Origin: an uncultured Actinomyces sp.
Lineage (GTDB): Bacteria > Actinomycetota > Actinomycetes > S36-B12
Assembly (NCBI GenBank): GCA_964476205.1
Contig: CAYYZU010000001.1
Location: 1 to 39,920 of the forward strand
Length of the DNA stretch: 39,920 bases
Reading direction: 5' to 3'
Both the position numbers and the translations under genes were made by a program. The notes beneath the pieces are model-generated. The model saw only the letters and a list, made by a program, of their open reading frames with translations. It made no database searches and was not told the DNA's origin. This document shows, in pieces, positions 25,733 through 33,961 of the stretch; positions within the stretch are counted from its first letter, which is position 1, and each line of letters opens with the position of its first letter.

Positions 25733-25924
25733 ATGAGCAGTCAGGACAGCCAGCGTCGCTCCTCCCGCACGGGGCAGGACGAGCACGAGGAGGTCGTCCT
25801 CCCCGAGCGCGCCCCCAGTGACATCGACGCGGATGTGGACGCGATTCTCGACGAGATCGACGAGGTCCTCGAGGAGAATGCTGAGGAGTTCGTCAAGTCC
25901 TTCGTCCAGAAGGGCGGCCAGTGA
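25733..25924 (+). CDS. pup: Prokaryotic ubiquitin-like protein Pup
   Basis: A 63-aa acidic protein ending ...[13 protein letters not shown] (C-terminal GGQ). Confidence 0.95.
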   Translation: MSSQDSQRRSSRTGQDEHEEVVLPERAPSDIDADVDAILDEIDEVLEENAEEFVKSFVQKGGQ

Positions 25925-26757
25925 CGTCCGATCGAGTCCGTGGGTTGCCCCAGTCCTACATGGCCCATGGCTCGTCTTTTGCGGACTTTCTCGCAGACAC
26001 CGGACTGGTGCCGGCCCGGGTGTCCGCCGGCGAGGGCGTCATCCAGGTGCCGCATGCCACGACGATCGTCGCGCTAGCGACGTCGGACGGCGTTGTCATG
26101 GCGGGCGATCGTCGAGCGACAATGGGCAACATCATCGCTCAGCGCGACATCGAGAAGGTCTTTCCCGCTGACGAGCACTCCGTGGTCGGCATCGCAGGTG
26201 CCGCCGGTGTCGCTGTGGAGTTGGTGAGGCTCTTCCAGGTGGAGCTCGAGCACTACGAGAAGATCGAGGGCCTGCCCCTGTCGCTCGATGGCAAGGCGAA
26301 CCGCCTGGCGACGCTTCTGCGCGGCAACCTCGGGATGGCCATGCAGGGTCTGGCGGTGGTGCCACTGTTCGCGGGCTACGACCTAGACCGCGACCGCGGG
26401 CGGATCTTCTCCTACGACGTCACGGGCGGTCGCTATGAGGAACGCGATCATCACGCCGTGGGCTCCGGCTCGGTCTTCGCCCGGGGCTCCTTGAAGAAGC
26501 TCTACCGCAGTGGGATGTCCGGCGAGGACGGGGTCATGGCTGCCGTGGAGGCCCTCTACGACGCCGCCGACGATGACTCGGCGACGGGTGGGCCTGACCT
26601 CACTCGGCGGATCTTCCCCGTGATCGCCGTCGCGGAAGCCGACGGCGTGCGGATGCTTGCCGATGAGGAAGTGGGTGCAGTGGTCGAGCGCGTCGTCGGT
26701 GCCCGACTCACGAGCCCTGACGGGCCTACGGCCCCCCTGCCGGGAGCTGCGCGATGA
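25921..26757 (+). CDS. prcB: Proteasome subunit beta
   Basis: SSFADFL lies in the propeptide and the mature N-terminus is TTIVALA. GDRRAT, GSGS and [13 protein letters not shown] are also present. Its start overlaps the pup stop as GTGA. Confidence 0.95.
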   Translation: MTSDRVRGLPQSYMAHGSSFADFLADTGLVPARVSAGEGVIQVPHATTIVALATSDGVVMAGDRRATMGNIIAQRDIEKVFPADEHSVVGIAGAAGVAVELVRLFQVELEHYEKIEGLPLSLDGKANRLATLLRGNLGMAMQGLAVVPLFAGYDLDRDRGRIFSYDVTGGRYEERDHHAVGSGSVFARGSLKKLYRSGMSGEDGVMAAVEALYDAADDDSATGGPDLTRRIFPVIAVAEADGVRMLADEEVGAVVERVVGARLTSPDGPTAPLPGAAR

Positions 26758-27509
26758 GCGTGCCCTTCTATGTGTCTCCCGAGCAGATCATCAAGGACAA
26801 GGCTGACTACGCCCGCAAGGGCATCGCACGGGGCCGGAGTGTCGTCGTCCTCCAGTACGACGGGGGAATTCTCTTCGTGGCCGAGAACCCCTCGCGGTCG
26901 CTGCACAAGATCTCGGAGATCTACGACCGAATCGGTTTCGCAGCGGTCGGGAAGTACAACGAGTTCGAGAATCTGCGTGTCGCGGGCGTGCGCCTCGCGG
27001 ACATGCGCGGCTACGCCTACGACCGTCGCGATGTGAACGGGCGCAGCCTCGCCAACGCCTACGCCCAGACGCTCGGCTCGATCTTCACTGAGACCACCAA
27101 GCCCTACGAGGTCGAACTCGTGGTGGCTGAAGTGGGTCACGACCCCGATCAGGACGAAATTTACCGCCTGACCTTCGACGGGTCCGTGGCGGACGAGCAC
27201 GGCTATGTCGCGATGGGTGGGCAGGCCGAGGAGGTTGCCGAGGCGCTGGGTGGCTCATGGCGACCGGCGATGACCCTGGAGGAGGCCGTGCGTGCCGCCG
27301 TCGCGGCCCTCGGGGCACCCGGCGGGGCTACTCCAGGCCCCGATCAACTCGAGGCTGCGGTGCTCGAGCGGAGCCGACCGCGACGAACCTTTCGCCGGCT
27401 GAGCGCCGATCGGCTCGCGGGGATGCTCGGTGTCGCGCGCCCGTCGCCGCCGCCCGCTGGTGTCGCTGAGTCGCCGGATCTGCCCGCCGTCGGGGGCGAG
27501 GGGACCTAG
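26754..27509 (+). CDS. prcA: Proteasome subunit alpha
   Basis: [31 protein letters not shown] is the canonical PrcA N-terminus. Its start overlaps the prcB stop as ATGA. Confidence 0.95.
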   Translation: MSVPFYVSPEQIIKDKADYARKGIARGRSVVVLQYDGGILFVAENPSRSLHKISEIYDRIGFAAVGKYNEFENLRVAGVRLADMRGYAYDRRDVNGRSLANAYAQTLGSIFTETTKPYEVELVVAEVGHDPDQDEIYRLTFDGSVADEHGYVAMGGQAEEVAEALGGSWRPAMTLEEAVRAAVAALGAPGGATPGPDQLEAAVLERSRPRRTFRRLSADRLAGMLGVARPSPPPAGVAESPDLPAVGGEGT

Positions 27510-27511
27510 TC

Positions 27512-28882
27512 GTGGACCGGCGCATCTACGGGATCGAGACCGAGTACGGGATCACGTGCACCTTCCGCGGTCAGCGTCGGCTCAGTCCTGATGAGGTTGC
27601 GCGTTACCTCTTCAGGCGTGTGGTGTCATGGGGGAGGAGCAGCAATGTGTTCCTCCGCAACGGGTCCCGCCTCTACCTCGATGTGGGCAGTCATCCGGAG
27701 TATGCAACCGCAGAGTGCGATGACGTAATCCAGCTGATCACTCATGACCGGGCGGGCGAGCGGATCCTCGAAGGACTGCTCGTGGACGCGGAGAAGCGCC
27801 TCCACGATGAGGGCATCGCGGGAGACGTCTACCTCTTCAAGAACAACACCGATAGCGCCGGCAACTCCTACGGATGCCATGAGAACTACCTCGTGGCGCG
27901 TCACGGGGAATTCCAGAGGCTTGCCGACTCGATCCTGCCGTTCCTGGTCTCCAGGCAGGTGATCTGCGGCGCAGGCAAGGTGCAGCAGACGCCTCGCGGC
28001 GCTGTCTACTGCATCAGCCAGCGGGCCGATCACATCTGGGAAGGCGTGTCCAGCGCCACGACACGGAGCCGGCCGATCATCAACACCCGAGATGAGCCCC
28101 ACGCTGACGCAGAGCGCTACCGCCGGCTGCACGTCATCGTCGGGGACTCCAACATGAGTGAGACCACGACGCTCCTCAAGGTCGCTTCAGCTGATCTCGT
28201 GCTTCGCATGCTGGAGTCGGGTGTCGTCCTCCGCGATCTCACCCTCGAGAATCCCATCCGCGCGATTCGCGAGATCAGCCACGATCCCACCGGTAGGCGT
28301 ACCGTGCGCTTGGCCAATGGGCGGGAGCTCACCGGGCTGCAGATCCAGTCGGAGTACTACGAAAAGGCGCGGGATTTCGCGGACCGGCAAGGACTGGCGG
28401 ACGACCCCGGCGGCGTGTACGCGCGCTGCCTTGACCTGTGGGAGCGGACCCTCAAGGCGGTGGAGACCCAGGACCTCTCCGGGATCCAGGAGGAGGTCGA
28501 CTGGGTGATCAAGATGACGATGATCGATCGCTACATGGCCAAGCATGGCCTCACCCTCTCCGATCCCCGTATCGCCCAACTCGACCTGGCGTACCACGAC
28601 GTGACGCGCTCGCGTGGTCTCTTCTACCTCCTGGAGCGTCACGGAAAGGCAGCGCGGGTCACGCACGAGCCGGCGGTGTTCGAGGCGAAGTCAATTCCCC
28701 CTCAGACGACCCGTGCACGCCTCCGGGGCGAGTTCATCCGGCGGGCCCAGGAGCGCAAGCGGGACTTCACCGTCGACTGGGTGCATCTCAAGCTCAATGA
28801 CCAAGCACAGCGGACAGTCCTCTGCAAGGACCCGTTTGCCAGCGTCGACGAGCGTGTCGAGAAGCTCATCGCGAGCATGTGA
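27512..28882 (+). CDS. pafA: Pup--protein ligase
   Basis: (V)[15 protein letters not shown] is present and the length is 456 aa. The GTG start lies 2 nt after the prcA stop. Confidence 0.92.
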   Translation: MDRRIYGIETEYGITCTFRGQRRLSPDEVARYLFRRVVSWGRSSNVFLRNGSRLYLDVGSHPEYATAECDDVIQLITHDRAGERILEGLLVDAEKRLHDEGIAGDVYLFKNNTDSAGNSYGCHENYLVARHGEFQRLADSILPFLVSRQVICGAGKVQQTPRGAVYCISQRADHIWEGVSSATTRSRPIINTRDEPHADAERYRRLHVIVGDSNMSETTTLLKVASADLVLRMLESGVVLRDLTLENPIRAIREISHDPTGRRTVRLANGRELTGLQIQSEYYEKARDFADRQGLADDPGGVYARCLDLWERTLKAVETQDLSGIQEEVDWVIKMTMIDRYMAKHGLTLSDPRIAQLDLAYHDVTRSRGLFYLLERHGKAARVTHEPAVFEAKSIPPQTTRARLRGEFIRRAQERKRDFTVDWVHLKLNDQAQRTVLCKDPFASVDERVEKLIASM

Positions 28883-28895
28883 CGCGGGCGCCTAC

Positions 28896-28901
28896 TAGGG
28901 T
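28896..28901 (+). promoter_or_regulatory. -10-like hexamer TAGGGT, 7 nt upstream of ATG 28909
   Basis: The sequence reads TAGGGT gaggcgc ATG. The GAGG within the spacer could alternatively act as a weak SD. Confidence 0.3.
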
Positions 28902-28908
28902 GAGGCGC

Positions 28909-29508
28909 ATGAAACTCCCCGCCGTTGTGTGCGCCGCTGCCCTCGCCTCCGCTGCCCTGGCCGGATGCGGCTCCAGCGGATCGGATGCGTCATCCACGTC
29001 AGCGCCCCCCACTTCTGCCACTCCCGTGGGCGGTCCGTGGGCTACGAGCGACTGCTCCATGATCGCGCCTCCGGTGACCGGGGCATCCGCTCCCGAGGGC
29101 GCGGTTGTTGAAGGCGAGGTGGCGACGACGACTGACGTCGCGACGGCCCCCGTGGTCGCGGTGCTCGAAGGCGCGGTGCCCGTTACCAGCCTGGTGATCT
29201 CCGATGTCGTCACGGGCTCGGGCAGCGAGGTGGCCGCGGGCGCAACGGTGACGGTCGAGTATTGCGGTGTTGGCCTGGCTTCGGGCACGGTCTTCGACTC
29301 CTCATGGGCGCGCGGCGAGCCGGCCACGTTCCCGCTTGCGGGGGTCATCGCCGGATGGCAGGACGGCATCCCTGGCATGCAGCCGGGAGGCCGTCGTCTT
29401 CTCGTCATCCCAGCGGACCTGGCCTACGGCGAGCAGCCTCCGCCCGGGTCGGGCATCGCCCCCGGGGAGTCCCTGGTGTTCGTGGTCGACCTGGTGTCCA
29501 GCCCGTAG
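28909..29508 (+). CDS. FKBP-type peptidyl-prolyl isomerase, lipoprotein
   Basis: The signal peptide plus lipobox is MKLPAVVCAAALASAALAGC. The FKBP core is VEYCGVGLASGTVFDSSW...AGWQDGIPGM...LVIPADLAYG. Confidence 0.85.
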   Translation: MKLPAVVCAAALASAALAGCGSSGSDASSTSAPPTSATPVGGPWATSDCSMIAPPVTGASAPEGAVVEGEVATTTDVATAPVVAVLEGAVPVTSLVISDVVTGSGSEVAAGATVTVEYCGVGLASGTVFDSSWARGEPATFPLAGVIAGWQDGIPGMQPGGRRLLVIPADLAYGEQPPPGSGIAPGESLVFVVDLVSSP

Positions 29509-29585
29509 CATCGCCCGCGCACGAACTGTGCGACGAGCCCAGTCCCAGCCCTGTCCCCACGATCGCCAGCAGGCGAGGAGGTCCC

Positions 29586-29945
29586 ATGTCCGAGAAGCCC
29601 GAGATCGAGTTCATCGAAGGACCGCCCCCGGTGGAGCTGGTCATCACCGATCTGGTGGTCGGTGACGGCGCCGAGGCAACCCCGGGTGCACAGGTTCTCG
29701 TGCACTACGTCGGTGTTGACTTCGAGACTGGGGAGCAGTTCGACGCTTCGTGGGATCGGGGCGAGCCCATCCGATTCCCGCTCGCGGGCCTCATTGCCGG
29801 ATGGCAGGACGGCATTCCCGGTATGCGCGTGGGCGGGCGCCGTCAGCTCGTGATCCCGCCCGCACTCGCCTACGGCGAGTCCGGGGCGCATCGCCTCGCG
29901 GGTCGCACCCTGGTCTTCGTGATCGATCTTCTCGCCGTGGGCTGA
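29586..29945 (+). CDS. FKBP-type peptidyl-prolyl isomerase, cytoplasmic (119 aa)
   Basis: VHYVGVDFETGEQFDASWDRGEPIRFPLAGLIAGWQDGIPGMRVGGRRQLVIPPALAYG is present. The SD GAGGAGG lies upstream of ATG 29586. Confidence 0.88.
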   Translation: MSEKPEIEFIEGPPPVELVITDLVVGDGAEATPGAQVLVHYVGVDFETGEQFDASWDRGEPIRFPLAGLIAGWQDGIPGMRVGGRRQLVIPPALAYGESGAHRLAGRTLVFVIDLLAVG

Positions 29946-29953
29946 TCGCGCAG

Positions 29954-30889
29954 ATGGCGACCGATCGGACGGAGCGCCTGCTCAATCTGGTCATCTGCCT
30001 CCTTGGAGCGCGCAGACCGGTGAGCCGTGCGTCGTTGCGCGAGGGAATCCCGGGGTACGCCGAGGCCGTGAGCGATGAGTCCTTCGAGCGGATGTTCGAG
30101 AGGGACAAAGACGAGCTGCGCCAGATGGGAATTCCCATCGAGACGGTCGTCAACGTCCAGGGCGAGGTCGAGGGCTACCTCATCGACCAGACGTCCTACG
30201 CCATGCCCGCGATCGACTTCGACGCAGCGGAGCAGGCAGTGCTGGGCCTCGCCGCGCGTGCGTGGAGTGAGGCGGCCCTCGCCGCGGAGGCGGGAGCCGC
30301 CTTGCGCAAGATCGAGGCGGCCACGGGGGAGAGGTGGTCTCCGCTCATCCCTGGTAGGCCGGCAGCGGGCGAAGAAGCGCTGCCCATGCTGTGGGAGGCC
30401 ATCCGCTCGCGCAGTGCCGTTCGATTCGACTACCTCGCACGCGGGCGCGAAGCTGCGGAGGAGCGCGTCGTCGAGCCATGGGCTACGGCTTATCGCGAGG
30501 GCGCCTGGTATCTCGTTGGTCTGAGTCGTGAGCGGGGCGCGGGCCGAGCGTTCCGCCTGTCTCGCATCCAGGGGGTTGTGTCTCGCCTGCGCGACCAGTG
30601 CGCCCCTGGCGACCGCACCGAGATCGAGCGACTCCTTGAAGAGTTGGTCGAGCCCGAGACGCGAGGGACCGCACGAGTCCTCCTCCCAGAGAGCGGGGCA
30701 GCTCGGCTCCGAGGGGCGGCACGGGCGTGCGGAGATGGGGCCTGGGAAGTCGACTACACCGACATGGCGATCCTGGTGGCGGATGTGATCGAGTCCGGCG
30801 GCACCATCCTCGAACCTGAGGAAGGGGCGCGGGAGCAACGGCGTGCTCTGGCCGCCGTCATCGAGCGTCACGGCGGCACAGATGCGTGA
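29954..30889 (+). CDS. pafB: HTH/WYL-domain transcriptional regulator PafB
   Basis: MATDRTERLLNLVICLLGARRPVSRASL shows the wHTH. A WYL-type middle domain follows. The gene sits downstream of pafA. Confidence 0.8.
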   Translation: MATDRTERLLNLVICLLGARRPVSRASLREGIPGYAEAVSDESFERMFERDKDELRQMGIPIETVVNVQGEVEGYLIDQTSYAMPAIDFDAAEQAVLGLAARAWSEAALAAEAGAALRKIEAATGERWSPLIPGRPAAGEEALPMLWEAIRSRSAVRFDYLARGREAAEERVVEPWATAYREGAWYLVGLSRERGAGRAFRLSRIQGVVSRLRDQCAPGDRTEIERLLEELVEPETRGTARVLLPESGAARLRGAARACGDGAWEVDYTDMAILVADVIESGGTILEPEEGAREQRRALAAVIERHGGTDA

Positions 30890-31814
30890 GACCGCAGCCG
30901 CGCGGCTGTCGCGCCTCCTCGCGCTCGTGCCGTGGCTCGAGCAGCACCCGGGCGTATCCATCTCCGATACCGCCGCACACTTCGGCGTGGCCGTTTCGGA
31001 ACTCGAGCAGGACCTGTGGCTCACCATTTGCTGCGGGCTTCCGGGCCACGGTCCTGATCAGCTCATCGACATCCAGTTCTGGGACGAGGACGGCAGCATC
31101 CACGTCATCGATGCGCAGACGCTGGACCGCCCCCTGCGCCTGAGCCCTGCAGAAGCCATGTCGCTGCTCGTGGGGCTTCGGCTCCTGGCGCAGGTCCCCG
31201 GTGACCATGACCGAGCAGCATTGGCGAGCGCCACGGCAAAGTTGGAGGCCGCTGCGGATGTCGCACAGGGAGCGGCCTACGTGCTCGAGGATTCGCTCGA
31301 GGCGACAGCAACCGAGCTCACCCGTGCCATCTCCGAAGCGCGGCTCGTGCGACTCGTCTACGCCGGTGCGAGTCGTGATGAGGTGACTGAACGGGTCGTC
31401 GAACCGACCGAGATCGTCCGATATGGCGGGAGGTCCTACCTCGCGGCACTGTGCCGTGAGGCGGGGGCACAGCGGACCTTCCGGCTCGACCGCATGCGCT
31501 CCGTCGAGGTGCTCGACGAGACGGTGCCGGCGCCGACAGCCCCCACCGCCGATCGACCGAGCGTGGCACCGACGGAGGGCGTGTCCGTGCGCGTGAGGGT
31601 CTGGCCACGGTCCCACTGGCTGCTGGAGACCTTTGACGCAGCCGATGTCGTCCAGGAGGGCGACGTATGGGAGGCATCCCTGGTCGTCGCCAACCCCGCC
31701 TGGCTGGTGAGGATCGCGATGGGGCAGGCCGGGGGAATCGAGGTCCTGGCGCCGGAGGAGGTGCGGGCGCAGTTGCACGATGCGGCCCGGTCGGCCCTGG
31801 ACCGCATGCCCTAG
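30882..31814 (+). CDS. pafC: HTH/WYL-domain transcriptional regulator PafC
   Basis: MRETAAARLSRLLALVPWLEQHPGVSISDTAAHFGVAVSELEQDL is present. It is a paralogue of pafB and overlaps pafB by 8 nt. Confidence 0.8.
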   Translation: MRETAAARLSRLLALVPWLEQHPGVSISDTAAHFGVAVSELEQDLWLTICCGLPGHGPDQLIDIQFWDEDGSIHVIDAQTLDRPLRLSPAEAMSLLVGLRLLAQVPGDHDRAALASATAKLEAAADVAQGAAYVLEDSLEATATELTRAISEARLVRLVYAGASRDEVTERVVEPTEIVRYGGRSYLAALCREAGAQRTFRLDRMRSVEVLDETVPAPTAPTADRPSVAPTEGVSVRVRVWPRSHWLLETFDAADVVQEGDVWEASLVVANPAWLVRIAMGQAGGIEVLAPEEVRAQLHDAARSALDRMP

Positions 31815-31903
31815 GGCCTGCCGCCTGCGCCGAGAGTCCCGAAGCCGGGTGCTTGGGCCCCTGGGGGGTTACCATGGCGGGACGCGCGACGAAAGGTGCT
31901 CCG

Positions 31904-32185
31904 ATGCCGTTCAATCTCAGGGGACCCGAGCTATTGGTGCTCGTCCTCATCATCCTGCTCCTCTTCGGCGCCAAGCGTCTGCCCGATGTGGCCCGCGGGA
32001 TGGGACGGTCCCTGCGCATCTTCAAGGCCGAGACGAAGGACCTTCAGGGTGCGGATGACACCGAGGCCCCGGACGCGCCGGCAGCAGTCGAGGGCGCTGC
32101 CCCGCAGGCCACCCTGCCGCCGGCACCTGCTGCCGAGGGGGCCCCTGCTCCTGCCAAGCCCCAGGCCGAGCGCGCCGAGAGCTGA
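31904..32185 (+). CDS. tatA: Sec-independent protein translocase subunit TatA
   Basis: MPFNLRGPELLVLVLIILLLFGAKRLPDVARGMGRSLRIFK is present. The SD GAAAGGTG lies upstream of ATG 31904. Confidence 0.9.
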   Translation: MPFNLRGPELLVLVLIILLLFGAKRLPDVARGMGRSLRIFKAETKDLQGADDTEAPDAPAAVEGAAPQATLPPAPAAEGAPAPAKPQAERAES

Positions 32186-32188
32186 GCC

Positions 32189-33049
32189 GTGGCCGCTCCG
32201 CCGGAGACGAGCCCACGGCGCCGCCGCAAGGGCACCGGCGACGACGCGTCGATGCCACTCGTCGAGCACCTGCGGGAGCTGCGGAGCCGTCTGGTCAAGG
32301 CATCATTGGCGATCGTCGCCGGGATGGTCGTCGGGTGGATCTATTACGACGCGATATTCGCGTGGCTGTCCGCGCCTTTCGAGGCGGTCGTCAACCAGGC
32401 CCGCGCCGAGGGCCGTGACATCACGCTGGCGCTCACGGGCGTGGCTGATCCCTTCGTGCTCCAGCTCCAGATTGCCGCGGTGACGGGCCTCCTGCTGTCG
32501 TCGCCCGTGTGGCTTTACCAGCTCTGGCGTTTCGTCACGCCCGGCCTGCGACGTCACGAGCGCCGCTGGGCCATCGGTTTCGTGGTCGTGGCCGTGCCGC
32601 TCTTCGGGGCGGGAGTCATGCTCGCCTACGTCGTACTGCCCTACGGCCTTGAACTCCTCTTCGGATTCACTCCGCAGAACGTGGAAAACATCGTCGCCGT
32701 CGACCGCTATCTCTCCTTCTTCATTCGCATGGTGATCGTCTTCGGCGTGGGATTCCTGGCACCGCTCATGCTGGTGCTTCTCAACTTCGCGGGAATCCTC
32801 ACCGGCAAGCGGCTCCTGTCGTGGTGGCGCTGGATCATCTTCATCGTCTTCATCTTCTCGGCTGTCGCCACGCCGACGGGTGATCCGATCAACATGTTGC
32901 TTCTGGCGGGTCCGATTCTCTTCCTCATGACGATCGCGATCGGCATTTGCCTCGCCAATGACAAGCGTCGGGCGCGCAAGGGCGATCCGGCGTACGACGA
33001 ATGGGACGACGACGCGGCGTCTCCACTCGAGTCCGCGGACCAGGACTAG
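32189..33049 (+). CDS. tatC: Sec-independent protein translocase subunit TatC
   Basis: MPLVEHLRELRSRL is present on a protein with 6 TM helices. The start is GTG 32189 or ATG 32252. Confidence 0.9.
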   Translation: MAAPPETSPRRRRKGTGDDASMPLVEHLRELRSRLVKASLAIVAGMVVGWIYYDAIFAWLSAPFEAVVNQARAEGRDITLALTGVADPFVLQLQIAAVTGLLLSSPVWLYQLWRFVTPGLRRHERRWAIGFVVVAVPLFGAGVMLAYVVLPYGLELLFGFTPQNVENIVAVDRYLSFFIRMVIVFGVGFLAPLMLVLLNFAGILTGKRLLSWWRWIIFIVFIFSAVATPTGDPINMLLLAGPILFLMTIAIGICLANDKRRARKGDPAYDEWDDDAASPLESADQD

Positions 33050-33055
33050 CCCCCC

Positions 33056-33952
33056 GTGCCGCTCACGCTGGTGGCGAACCCCTCCTCGGGACGGGGTCGG
33101 GTGGGTCGCATGCTGCCGGAGATGCGGTCGGTCCTGGCCGAGCAAGGTCTCGAGGCCCGGATCGTCGTCTCCCGGGACGCCGATGACCTCCGACGCCACG
33201 TGCGCAGTGTCCGCGAGGCCGGGGACGAGCGCGTCATCGTCTGCGGGGGAGACGGGACATTGCACCTTGCTGCCCAGGAGCTTGCCGGTGGTGACACGGC
33301 CCTGGGGATCGTCCCGGCCGGTACCGGAGACGATAACGCGCGGACCCTGGGCATCCCGAGGGGCGACGTTGCGGCTGCGACCCGACTCGCGGCCACGGGA
33401 CCCGTGACGCGCATCGACCTCGGACACGTCGTGGTCGCCGACGGCACCGAACGAGTCTTCCTGGGGGTGCTCTCATCCGGGTTCGATTCCCTGGTCAACG
33501 AGCGTGCCAACGTGATGACCTGGCCGAACGGCAATGCCCGCTACGTCGTCGCGATCCTGGGCGAGCTTCGCACGTTCCGTCCAGTGCCCTATCGGGCAAG
33601 CCTGGACGGTAGGCCCGTCCAGGGGGAGGCGATGCTCGTCGCGGTGGGCAACGGCATCTCCTACGGAGGCGGCATGCGCGTGTGTCCTGACGCTGCGCCT
33701 GACGACGGACTCCTCGACGTGACCTGGCTGCACGGCGTAGGCAAGGCGACGTTCCTCCGGGTCTTTCCCCAGGTCTTCAGCGGGAGCCATGTGCGCTCGC
33801 CCTATGTGTCTACGACGCGGGCGGCGTCGATCGAGCTCGATGCGCCCGGACAGCTCGCCTACGCTGACGGGGAGAGGGTGGGACCGCTACCAGCGCTCAT
33901 CACGGTCCAGCGCGGGGCACTGCCCGTCGTACGAGGCGTCCCGGGCGCGTAG
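33056..33952 (+). CDS. Diacylglycerol/lipid kinase family protein
   Basis: LVANPSSGRGR and VIVCGGDGTLH (GGDGT) are present. The length is 298 aa. Confidence 0.85.
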   Translation: MPLTLVANPSSGRGRVGRMLPEMRSVLAEQGLEARIVVSRDADDLRRHVRSVREAGDERVIVCGGDGTLHLAAQELAGGDTALGIVPAGTGDDNARTLGIPRGDVAAATRLAATGPVTRIDLGHVVVADGTERVFLGVLSSGFDSLVNERANVMTWPNGNARYVVAILGELRTFRPVPYRASLDGRPVQGEAMLVAVGNGISYGGGMRVCPDAAPDDGLLDVTWLHGVGKATFLRVFPQVFSGSHVRSPYVSTTRAASIELDAPGQLAYADGERVGPLPALITVQRGALPVVRGVPGA

Positions 33953-33955
33953 CCT
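33950..33955 (+). promoter_or_regulatory. -10-like hexamer TAGCCT overlapping the lipid-kinase stop codon, 6 nt upstream of helY GTG 33962
   Basis: The sequence reads TAGCCT gtcggg GTG. Confidence 0.35.
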
Positions 33956-33961
33956 GTCGGG

